Assembly (NCBI GenBank): GCA_964016885.1
Contig: OZ024740.1
Location: 167,338,001 to 167,402,000, forward strand
Reading direction: 5' to 3'
Source: Eledone cirrhosa
Lineage: Eukaryota
DNA length: 64,000 nt
Below are positions 43,246 through 56,219 of this stretch, piece by piece (within the stretch, counting starts at the first letter, position 1; every line of letters starts with the position of its first letter). The notes under the pieces are model-generated. The model worked only from the letters and a program-made list of their open reading frames with translations, made no database searches and was not told the DNA's origin. The position numbers and the translations under genes are program-made.

Positions 43246-44459
43246 GACAGGATATCAGTAGAAAAAAAATCAAGGAGAGTAATGCCCAATCCATTGCAAG
43301 AGAGCTTATAAATAAATCAGATTTCAAACACTAAATATATATGCCCGACCTTAGGATACGGAGTCCAGTTATGGCCACCGCCTTATACTGAAAGAGCCTC
43401 TTCAAAACTGGTCTCTCATCGGGCGCCGAGAAAAAAATCTTTTTATCTGACCGCCCTATAAGAGGACAGTTTTGAAGATGCTCCTCCGCTATAAATTGCC
43501 GGCCAAGACTGGACCCTGAAACAAAAGAACACGCATGCATGTTATGTCTATGCAACTTTTTCTTTTACTATTAAGAAGTGCCCTTGCAACCGACGTAGAT
43601 TACATCTGTATAAAAACACACCGTGTAACCGAGACTGCACGAACGTGTATAAATATATACACATATCTAATATGTAGGTATTTAAACATTCCAGAAAATA
43701 CGAATTGCCATTTAAATTGAAAAAAGGATAAACATCTCTCATCACTTTCGAATCTTACTGGTCTCTCATCAGAAGACGCTTATAGCATTCAATCATCCAC
43801 AAGGAAACATACATGTTATGGGTATTTATACCCGTTTGCTCTTAGTAGTATTCTAAAATGGACATACTAATTTGCATAAAATTAGCACTCGTGCTGGTAA
43901 TTAATTGATATACATAGTAAGAAATGTATGATAGAATTATATCTGTAAAAATACAGAGTGTATAACCGAGACTGCACTAAGGTGTATAAATATGTCTAAT
44001 ATGTAGGCATGTGATTCTGACAGAAAAGATGTTCATAATTTTATCAATTTACAGGGAAAATTCTATGTTCTAGCACGTTTACATGCCTACATATTGGATA
44101 TCTGTATACATTTATACTCATTCTTCTTTATTATTTAAACATTCTGCTAACACTCTGCTGGAATCTCAGTGTTGTTTCTATCTATATCACGACAATAGGT
44201 ATAGTCTTCATGCAAGATTGATGCAGGAAAAGTGTAAGAAACAAGAGGTTAATTGATCTCGCGGGTGTCATTGACACCATCAATAGGCAAAAGCTACAAC
44301 TTCAAATACCAGGATTAACGACGCCTGCCACTTCTATGTGGTCATGCAGCTGCACCCTGGAAGATGATTTGGGATAGAATGTCATGACATGATCCATGAT
44401 TGTACCATGCAATCATCTTCTTCCATTTTTACCTTCCTTGTGAAACCAAAGACCAATAG

Positions 44460-44824
<365 letters not shown>

Positions 44825-46417
44825 CAGTGCAAAATATAATAAACAATTTAGTACAGAAGTAAATAACCACGAAATATGTTTTTCGGACCTCCGAAAGGTT
44901 TTAATAGCAGACCATGTAAAATTACAGGATAGAGGGGACGATATTTTGCTTTTCCTAATATAGATTTATCCCGCGCGTGCCTGGTGCCTTTATAACACCT
45001 TCTCATAGGTTTTGGGATGATAATATTGATTCATTTAATATTATGCTAATTAAGAATATGACTACAAGATAATTGTGACATCGTATTTCCTTAATATAGT
45101 ATATTTTGCTCAGATTTAATATGATCAGGCTCCTATTCTAACGAGTATGGGCCAGTTTCCGTCAATTTATTTATTCTCCTATTCCAACATATCTTTAGTG
45201 AGTTTTCTTTATCCATCTTGAGATTGCTTAGACTTATTTTTTGTATAAAAGTTTATACATTTAGATAATAGAAACATATTTAATCAGAGAAAAGGGCCAA
45301 GTAGAGGAACAGTAAATTAAGGAAAATCATGTTTAGTGAGCAGAAGAATGCGGAATAATGACAAAGGCTGTTTCCTTAATATTTTCAAATATTAATTACA
45401 CTTGCACGAATTTCGCTATAACTCCATATTATCTGCATAGGTCTAAAGTGGGTTTATGAAATTCGACTTCTCCGTAGCTCTCATTGTCAAGTAAGAAGTT
45501 TGTAGAAAAAAACGAATTTCTACAAACTTCATACTTGACGGCCCAATATTATATAAGTCATAATAAACGTACACATAAATGAAAATATAATAGATATGTA
45601 AAGAGATAATAAATCAACGCAACTAAATGAGAATGAAAATAAATGTGAAGAGGGATGTTAAAATGTTAAATGTTAAAAAGCATTGAGTACCATTACAACG
45701 GAAATTCAGTGACAAACCGGTTAAATAAATGTGTTGTCATTTCCTCCCTGTAAGTCAATATTTACAGTAGTCCAAGAATGCCATTAACGTATATGGATAT
45801 AGATGAGGTAAGACATACATTGTTCCAAGAGCGATTCCAGCGAACGATTCTATCTCTTAAATTTGTTAAGTGTGGCACCTAGATAAATTTCAAATGTACG
45901 ATTCAGATCTACTACAGTATTAAACACGCCCAACATTAATAAAACGTAAGTATATCTATGACAGGCTAAACGTACTCGTGATTTCCTTTCGAAAAAACTT
46001 TATTTCCCTTTGTTCATCTTCTTAATCGTATCTATTATTCTATTTCTTCTTTCATGTCGTTGTATTCTGATGAAGAAGAAACGACCGAAAGTTTAAGATG
46101 TTTTCCTACTAGTATTTTGAGCATTACGTTGAAAAAACAGGAATATGAAAATACTGATTTAAATATCAAATTCATTGGGTGCTCTAGTCACTGATATACT
46201 GGAATGTTCACGAACGAAATGTCTTTTGTTGTTAATCAACACGACCAGGGAACCAATATATGGGTTATTACAAATTTGAAAAATGGCGACGTTGAAAATA
46301 CTGATGGCAAATTTTCGTGACAGTAATTAAGAATATTTCAGAGATTATGTTATTTATTTATCAAGCTGTCTGTTTAGTTGTATTTATTACTCTAAGTTTA
46401 TATACATAATATGTATG

Positions 46418-46592
<175 letters not shown>

Positions 46593-46939
46593 TGAGAGAG
46601 AGAGAGAGAGTTGGCCACTAGCAGTCGAAACATCAAGAGCTCAGCTGTCGTGTAGTAACTCATGACAAACTGATACATATAGGGAGGGCCGGGGTATGTA
46701 TCCGTATGTGTGTGTGCGTTTATGTGTGGGGTATATATTTACAAACCAGCTACAAAAGTTGTATTTTTGTTCGTGGTCGGGAATATGACATGTCTATACA
46801 TAGGACCAGTTGATTTGATGATATTTTACTTTTAAGTAAGAACATTCATTTATATAATATTTCTGGTAAAAACTATATAAGATCGGCTGTATTAGAATAT
46901 TATCTTCGCTTTGAAGGTAATCAAGTTGTTTTATATACG

Positions 46940-47039
<100 letters not shown>

Positions 47040-47559
47040 CATACATACATAGATAGATGCATATATTTGTATGTGTGTATGTGTGTGTTTGTGAACGCGT
47101 ATCACGTGGTGGCATCCTAAAAGCGCCCTCAAAGCACATGGCTTTTCTTGGGCATATTAAAATCCTGGTGCAGGATTAGAATGAGCAGCATTGATGATAC
47201 TTATGAATGTTCGCATCTCATTTAATCTCGGGTGTTTCGCGCGTTTTACCTTCGACAGTCAGTCAGACAAACTCAGCTAGTTCTAACTGAAAATTCTCAA
47301 CTATATAGCAGATATATTGATTTACAACTAATTGAGAATTTGAGCTTTCGTCTCACAATTGGTCCGTCGTTCATTTAATTCTAACTTATAGACGATGAAT
47401 AATACTACTCTTCCGTCTTTAATTCACAAATCAATACCTTATTGACATTTTATATCCAAAGACAGTATCATCAATTCAGATTTCCCGGAGAGACATAGAG
47501 CATCTAGTTACACACCATCGACATACCACTACAACAATGATACGACACAAACGTTATGG

Positions 47560-47830
47560 TATTCAGCCAACGAATCGAACTGTCGTGTGCTCGTTTCTCT
47601 GCAGCGCATTGTATCATTTAACACAGCACAATATCTCCAGTTGTTCCAGTCCACTCAGTAGAACTGAGTTGTGTCTGTAATTCATAGAGACATTATGCGT
47701 CTCACTGAATCTCCCTGAATATTCAGGGAGATTCAGTGAGACACGTATTTGAGAATGTTCAGGCTCTTGCACGAGAACTCTGTTCCGCTGATCAAACTGC
47801 TAGACCTCACGTTGTCGAAACCAACGTACA
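47560..47830 (+). mobile_element. Decayed SINE of a second family, related to 54030-54259
   Basis: Segments ctgaatctccctga...acacgt...gctc...ttgcacg...ctgttccgctgatc..actg..accctcg correspond to the reverse complement of 54030-54130. Confidence 0.5.
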
Positions 47831-48221
47831 TCCAACAACAATGTGTGTAGATGCGTATTTATCCATATGTAAACCACATATTATCCACATTATTACGTGT
47901 AGCTATTTGACTATATGTATCTATTTGTATGTGTACATCAACGTCGTTAAATTAGTTTGTGAAAGTTACTTTGGGAAAAACGTCTTGTTTTCATCAGCTG
48001 TCTGTTTGACACAGACACAAACATCTCCGTTTACCAATAACAGAATAATCTATTATTGTACATCAAAGCATATATGGACACCCTGGACAAGTGGAATAGG
48101 TAAATTAGGGAACATCAAAGGGATTTGACAGTCGTAATTTACATCCAATTAAATAAATGTTTGTGTGTGTGTGCGTGTGAGAGAGTGTGTGTGTGTGAGT
48201 GTGTGTGTATGTATGTATATC

Positions 48222-48352
<131 letters not shown>

Positions 48353-48551
48353 TATATATATACATATGTGTATATATATATATGTATATACATACGTATA
48401 TATATATATGCGTGTGCATGTCTAGATATATATATATATGTATATACATACATATGTGTATATATATATGTATATACATACATATGTGTATATATATATA
48501 TGTATATACATACATATATATATATGTATGTGTGTGTGCATATATCTATAT

Positions 48552-48652
<101 letters not shown>

Positions 48653-49229
48653 GTATATTCATGCATATAAATAGATAAACTGCTCTTGGGTATTTTATCT
48701 TATATATGTTCATAGATTTTTCACTATAGCATTCTGAATGTATTTTACCTCTACGCAACAATATTATTTCGGCTATATAGAGACGCGTTCGTGTCTTTAA
48801 GCATGTACGCCTGTCTTTATAACTTATTCCCTCATTCCAAAACATATTTATCACACTGCTATCGTATTTTATACCGGCTTTATTTGCAGATAGGCCCGGA
48901 ATTATCCAGGTGTCTTAAACAGTAATATTTCTCTATGTAGGTATTTTCGAAATCCATTCACACTTCAATTAATTTACAGAGGCTTTGTCATAGTTCCGAT
49001 TAGTTTCCAATTGTTTGAATAATTGACTCCGTTAATAAATAGTAGCAGAAAAACCCTCTCGGGCGGTTTTCTGCTAGCATATGTAGTGTGCCTATTGGTT
49101 TTATACGCAAATATATATGCTTATAGATATGATATGTAAATTGAAAAGTAAATTGACAATATCTTCTTCTTCGCCCACTTATTTTTGAGAAGCTCATTGT
49201 GGCAGAGTTCTCCTCAAACACTATTTCCA

Positions 49230-49700
49230 GTTAGTCTGTCAAAAGCAAACATCTCTAACTGATCCAGCTGGATCCTAAAGCGTTATCCAACTATCTTGCT
49301 CGGGGTCTAACTCTGGGTCTCTTGCTGTTTGGTTTTGCCGGTAAAATCTTTCCGGCGATTCTTTCCTAAGGCATTCTAACCACATGCTCATAATATTGGA
49401 GTTGTGATCTCTCAATTTGGAGTAGCGGCTCTACTAGGAGTGACTCTCTGATCTCTGCCCATTTCTGCCGTTTGTTTTTGTAATTGTATTCTTTCGGTCA
49501 TTACCCAAGATTCATGACCCTCAGTAATGGTTGGCAGAAATACCAGGAAGACAGCGAGTTTGGCTTTACACCTATCTCCCTTTTTCTGATTACTGAATGT
49601 TGGAGTTGGGGCATTACTGCATCCGCATTTGCAATTCTTGAACTTAATTCACTCCTGCCTTCCATCACTCATGATACTTGAACTTCTCCAGCTGCTTCGG
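49230..49700 (-). mobile_element. Decayed 3' end of an RTE-like LINE
   Basis: The minus strand shows remnants of post-RT motifs (SQLQYYEHVVRM..., KRPRVRPRARWLD-like) with stops. Confidence 0.55.
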
Positions 49701-50346
49701 ACTAAACTAAAACTGGAACGAACAATGAACCAAAACCAAATTGCCATGTTCTCTAAAGAGTTACCTCCCTCACATCCTACCTAATCCTTTTTCTAATATA
49801 AATGAATTACCCCCTCTCATATCTCTCTCCACTACCTGACCACCCTGAATTACCTCCCCCTGCATATTAACTCTCTAAAAATTGAAATAATATCAAACCC
49901 CAGACTACCATCATCGATCAAATAAGCACTCTTGCCATAATAACACATTTTCAACTGCTTATCTTCAAGAATTATGCCTGTAAATAATATTAATTTTTCT
50001 TTCCCATTACCTTATCATGTTCCACATTACCCCCTTTTTTCTTCTTTCTTTTCACTTGAAAAACCTTGTTTGTAAATAACATTATTCTTTCTTCCCCATT
50101 TCCTTAACATGTTCAACATCACCAATACAAATTACCTCCTTTGATAATGCATAAAATGTTGAAACCGGTAATAGACAATTATTAAATATATAAATAAATA
50201 AATAAATGCCATTGTTAATTAACAAATAAATTATCCACACAAAGTAAAATATTTTGTTTTAAACACTTTCTAACCCAGAAAAAATAAAAAAAAGTAAAAG
50301 GGAAAAGATATATTTTTCTTCCTAATAATCGTCTTTTTCTCCCTAT

Positions 50347-50402
<56 letters not shown>

Positions 50403-50490
50403 GTATATCTGTCACATAGTCTCTTTTTATCTCTCTTCACACACTCAATCTTTCTTTCTTGCTCTGTCTATATATATATATATATATATA

Positions 50491-51290
50491 ACTTAAAACC
50501 CAGTGGGAATACGAAGAAAGCAAGAACAGGGGAGGGGGTCCTCATCAGTTGTCTACTGGGGGGTCTAGGATATATCTACGCTTTAAAGACAAGATACCAC
50601 TTCACCCCAGGGCGTCAATAACTGGATAAGTTATTGGGAAAACGAAGGAAGGAGGGAAGGAAAGAGAAACAGTACCATACACCTAAAAAAAAAACACAAA
50701 CTGAGCAATGTGCGAGCAACTATAGGTAGGAAATCCAAGACCACTCGATGAAAGACCTTAAGTTCGAAACCGAGTAATCGAGAGAAAGAAGACACAAAGT
50801 GGAGAAATAGGTAGGTAGAAGGGGAGAGAAGAATGGTCACAGCGAAAAACATGATGAAATATATGGAGAATAGAAACGGTTGTGTAGTTGGTATTTATGG
50901 TAACTTAAAATGCAGTGTATTGAATACGAAGAAAGCAAGAAGAGTGTATGTATGGGGGGGGGGGTCCTCATCAATTGTCTACTGGGGGTCTAGGATGCTG
51001 CTCGCACATTTCTCGGTTGGTTTTTTTCGGTGTTTTTTTATTGTTTCTCTTTTCTTCCCCTTTGCTTTCCTTCCCTCCTTCCTTCGTTTTCCCAATAACT
51101 TCTCCAGTTATTGACGCCCTGGGGTGAAGTGATATCTTGTCTTTAATGCGTAGAAATATTCTAGACCCCCAGTAGACAACTGATGAGGACCCCCCCCCCC
51201 CCCCGTTCTTGCTTTCTTCGTATTCCCACTGCATTTTAAATTACCTTAAATAGCAACTACACAGCCATTTCTATTCTCTATATATTTCTA
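50491..51290. mobile_element. ORF-less element with direct repeat (period ~413) plus inverted copy, flanked by (TA)n
   Basis: 50491-50571 recurs at ~50904-50996; 50999-51288 is the reverse complement of 50491-50718 plus 50858-50910. Confidence 0.75.
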
Positions 51291-53133
51291 TCTATATATG
51301 TATATATATACATGTGGAAGTATTGAAATTTGAATCTTTTAAAAGAAGTGAATCTTGGAATATGCAATAAAGTTATTTCTGATTAATCATTTGTTACGAA
51401 ATTGAGTAGATAAATTATGTAATATTCATTCATCATCTATTCACAGTAATCCAACTTATTTTACTAACGGGATAAAAAATATATATTCTGAACGCTGTCC
51501 GGCACTCCTCCCTTTATTATAGCTAAGAATCCGATTAGTCGTAATTATAATTTGCATTGTGACTTTCAAATCTGTATAGTTACTTAATATGCATACACAT
51601 ATTTTTATACAAATACGTATACATATATATTATACCGTATATGGACATATTTAGGGTATATACCGCTTTTATTTATATATGCATCCTTATATCTGAGAGA
51701 TGTATAATTGATTCGGATGTTGGTCTCAATAAGTTTGGAACTCTTTTTCATTTTTTAGGGAAATACGTACGTAAGTTATGCGTATATACTTACATGTATC
51801 AATGTGTATGTTTACATAGAGGTTTCTCACAATTTGTATTAATTCATGACTTATGAATCAATGGGCAATTTGGAAATATAGTCAAGAAAATGCTGATAAC
51901 TACAATGATATTAATAAAGTATCAATTTGGTGGGAAAACGTGGACAGAGATACCCGCAGGGAATCTAACCTGGAATTTCTCCTTTGCGCTAAATGCTACT
52001 AGACGCTAATTACATATCTTTATAAATTATTTAAATGTGAAGATAGTAGTATAAATATTATGAAGCATTAGAACATTTTAAATTTTAAAACATAAACGAC
52101 ACAATGCAGATAACTATAATAACATGTGATACATATATATATAATAGATGAAAATAGAGTAATGTACCTCTGCCGGCGAATAAATATTACGTACGGTGAA
52201 TTGAACTGAATATTCAGCATACAGGAGATTGAGAGTACTTCTGATGAAACTCGAATGAAGAACTGTATCTATTTTTATCTATACAGAAATACGTAAATTA
52301 CACGCTTGCTCATATGAATTTGTTTTCAAACTCTTTAGCAGCTTTGGTGTCAGTTATGTAATGTTTCCGTGGGAAAGTATTTTATGATTCATTTGCCTGC
52401 GTGTTTAATCGCTTATATGTCGATATATTCATATAACTGCTACTTGTAACTTTACAATAATACGGATAGACACATATGATATTTCTATATATCAGCAGAA
52501 AATGTAGAATGTTACATAAGTCTAACAGAGTGCTACATCTTTAATTGACAACTACTTTGCTGACGTGGAATTCGCGCATTAGTATGGTACTGCACATGTA
52601 GTAACAATTTGTGCAACAGATAGGAGAACCTCTCTTGTGATAAAAGGCATATGATGATAACAAAACGAACGATTGACATGAACATTTATGGGTGCTTTGC
52701 CATTACAACAGAGATAATCACGTAAAAATGTACGACGAAATGTAGAAAGACAATGAAATCAGCATGAAAAATGTGCAACATGTTATCGCTGGAAAAATTG
52801 AAAAATGAAAAAAATCAATATTCGTCAGAAATCGTAAGAAGAATGTGATTCGGATGCAGAGTAGACGTAAAGGTGTATGAAACCTACCAAGGTTTAGAGA
52901 TAAAAAAAATCGACGGTTGGTGTAGAGAGGAAGAAAGCTGGAGAATGACACTGTGTGAAACAAGGAAAGATTAAAAGACGGAATCAGAGAGAACGAGGGA
53001 GTGGGAGATGAGGAGAAAGTGTTGGGTGAAAACAAAGAAGAAACAGAGGCAGCTTTTTGAGAGAATGCACAGTTACTGGCGATGAAGTCACAACTATATC
53101 TTTACCACTTCAGTCACATTATTGGTGTGCAAT

Positions 53134-53320
53134 GGCGGTGGATTGGCAGTATCGGTAGAGGGTCGGACACCATGCTTTGACGCATAGAGTTACGGCCCTT
53201 GCCATTCTGAGTTCAAATCCCGCCGAGGTTAACTTTGCCTTTCATCCTTACGGGGTCGATAAAATAAAGTCCCAGTAATGTACTGGGTAATTTCTGGCCT
53301 TGTGCCAATAGTAGAAACAA
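53134..53320 (+). mobile_element. Full-length tRNA-derived SINE (32041 family); 15-bp TSD with 1 mismatch
   Basis: Nearly identical to 32041-32226; ttattggtgtgcaat at 53119-53133 and ttatttgtgtgcaat at 53321-53335. Confidence 0.9.
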
Positions 53321-54029
53321 TTATTTGTGTGCAATGTCGTGCATTAAAGTGGTATTGTACATCTAATTACTCTTTACATATTAAATTAGAGAACCATACT
53401 TGTGGTATGATGCATGTGAGGATCATCAAAATAAAGAATTGATAGGAAAATTTACGAGTTTATTTCGACAAGAAGAGTTATATACACATAAAAGATAAGG
53501 ACTAAAAGTAAATAGATTACAGATTTAAGCATGTAATATCTGTAACATTTTAACACCGAAAAATTGCTAAGTTGAAAATTGTGAATTTCATGAGACTTCG
53601 TGAGTTCAGTTTGTAGAGCTGGGGTAAAGAGGATTGCTACCTACAATGTTTGCGAAGTAAAAGACTGAAGGATGGGCTATCTTATTATTTTTGCTTCGGT
53701 CATTAGTTCTTTCATGCGGGTAACGACAAACGTTAAGACTTATTTAATATTATACGGACCTGAAAACCTCTAAAAGCCCAAACGGTGAGTACCATGAAAT
53801 AAATTGCCCCAAAACGGGGATAAATGACGCAAATTGGGGGGGAGTTTACATAATGAAAGTTATTCCCATTTCCACAAGAGAAGAGAAGACATCTCTCACC
53901 TATCCGAAAGCGTTGAACTAATATATCTTCATTGTACTGTATACTTCACCTGTTTTATGTTTTCCTTCACACTTACACATGAATATATATTGTTTTCTTG
54001 TACTTCAGTCATTTCCGACAAGTGTTGAG

Positions 54030-54259
54030 GTTGATGCACTCAGCGGAAATGCTTGTTCATGAAATTAGCGTATAAATGCCTCAGCATTCCAATGAAATAT
54101 GCACCCTTAATGTAGTTGCCAGTGTGTGACAGAGTTACATACTGTGTCATAAAGTCCCTTGTTCAAGAATACAACGCACCATCTGATCCGGGAACTGAAG
54201 TAACGACTGTACACCCGTGAGCTGAACACTCTCGACACTAATCACTAACACACGTGCCT
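54030..54259 (-). mobile_element. Old tRNA-derived SINE with CORE-like domain
   Basis: Reverse complement has a tRNA-like head followed by gcgttgtattcttgaacaagg (CORE-like gtgtccttgagcaag motif). Confidence 0.55.
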
Positions 54260-55622
54260 TCACACAAATCGAATGCACACATATGTACACATGCGCACGT
54301 GTGTGTGCGTGTTGTTTTTATGTGTGTCTATAGCTGCAGAAATACACGCATACATACACGCATACATAAATAGATAGATTGATACATGTTTGTGTGGTGT
54401 GTGAGTGTGAGTATGTGTGTGAGTGTGTGTGTGTGTGTGTGTGTTTGTGTGTGTTTGCGCATGTGTGCGTGTTATTGTGTCTGTGTGTAGATGAGTGTGT
54501 ATAGATGATTTGTTACCCTTAGTCTGGTGGTTTACGACCACAAATAATCGTTAATTTAGTTTAGGGAAGGTCTCGGGGATTTGAATTTCTGTGTGCAGGG
54601 AAAGAATCTAACATTTTGGACGCTTGCCATTTTTCCGATGCAGATAAAATATTTTAAAATGTTAGAGGCGTTATCGCCTCGATTGCAAAATTGCGAATAC
54701 TAAAATTATTAAAAGGGTTCTTGTGACTGTGGCTGATGTGGATTGAAAGAAATAAAGCTAATGAAAGCTAATGAAAGCTAATGTGTGTTGTCTTTTTAAT
54801 GGGTTCAGTTTTATATCACCTTTAATAACAAATTTCTAATCAGCTTAAAGATTTCCTGGGAGATTTTTATGGAAGACTCACAGTCGTCGATTTATGCGAT
54901 TCTTTCCTCTCCAGGCTACACATGTTGTCCAGGAGAAGGCGAAGACGATAAAACATTGCACCAGAAAGGGCACTGGCGATGATATCTGAGCGGTGAGCTG
55001 GAGCAAATAGAGGAAGGCACCCTATCGACACACTATTATCAATAATTTCGCAAATAAATTACTCCAAACAGGTACGTTTTTAAGGAAACAGAACTGAAAG
55101 TTGACTGTCGTTGGATTTGAAATGGTAGTGCAGAGAACCAGGAGTAATTACGTTCCTCAGGCTCTAAATTCTCTGCTAATTTATCAAAATTAGTGAATGG
55201 ATAAGTATATGCTGATGCATATGTTTATCACTATGTAGCAGTAAAAAGTTGGTAAATTTGCATTACTAGTGCAGCCAATATATGTCAAGAAAGACATTGA
55301 TTATGGTTTTCACAAGAGGAAATATTGAAATACTAAATATGTAAAAAGCTGAAACTAAGAAACCCCAAGATATCATATATGTCCATTTAATGAAAAGCTT
55401 TCATATTCACTTTCAATAAAGTTAATTTCGATACTACCGGAGACAGACATTTTTTAAGGAAGATTTTCGTGAAAAAAAGGAAAGAAATATCGACTGGTAA
55501 TCGGAAAAATACGGAACTAAATAAATAAACATGGGGAATATGTGTGTGTACATGAGGGTGTACATGAGGGGTTATAATAACTTTTTATCTATATACATCA
55601 TATGTATAAACTTTTTTATTCT

Positions 55623-55668
<46 letters not shown>

Positions 55669-56219
55669 GAGAGAGAGAGGGGGAGGGAGAGTATGTGTGT
55701 GCCAGGGTATGTGTGAGTTTGTGAGTTACAAGCAAAGCGGAAATTGATAGACACAAACAGAAAATCAGATAGGTTGATAGATAGAGAGACGGGATTCATA
55801 AAAAATACGTATTTAAAACAATGTTTCTAAAGTTACATGATTGTTGAAATTGTAAATATAGAACGAACAATCATCTATGTGTATGGATGCGCAGAGGCTT
55901 ACCTACACACAGTCTTGAGGAAAATGTTCTAAGACAAAAATATTTGAGCAAAACAACTATTGTTGATGTCAATATTTTTTCTCATGTCAACCCTGTCGAA
56001 ATGTTATATATTTCATGAAACCCATGATCATCACATCTCTTCGAATACTTTAAAATACATTGTTCAACGTGATTGTTTCTTATATTGTAAGGCAGCAGGA
56101 TAAGACTTGAGTGAGATATCATTGCTGTTCCTAACACGTCAACAGACATTGTGAATGCTCACTAGGAAAGAAATGTCAACTGCTCATATAGATTCAAATT
56201 AGTATGGAAATGAGATATG

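Noticed and set aside
54915-54992. Apparent exon bounded by tctttcctctccag and gtgagc
   Set aside because: All three frames contain a stop and no partner exons are evident; a non-coding exon cannot be excluded without RNA data.
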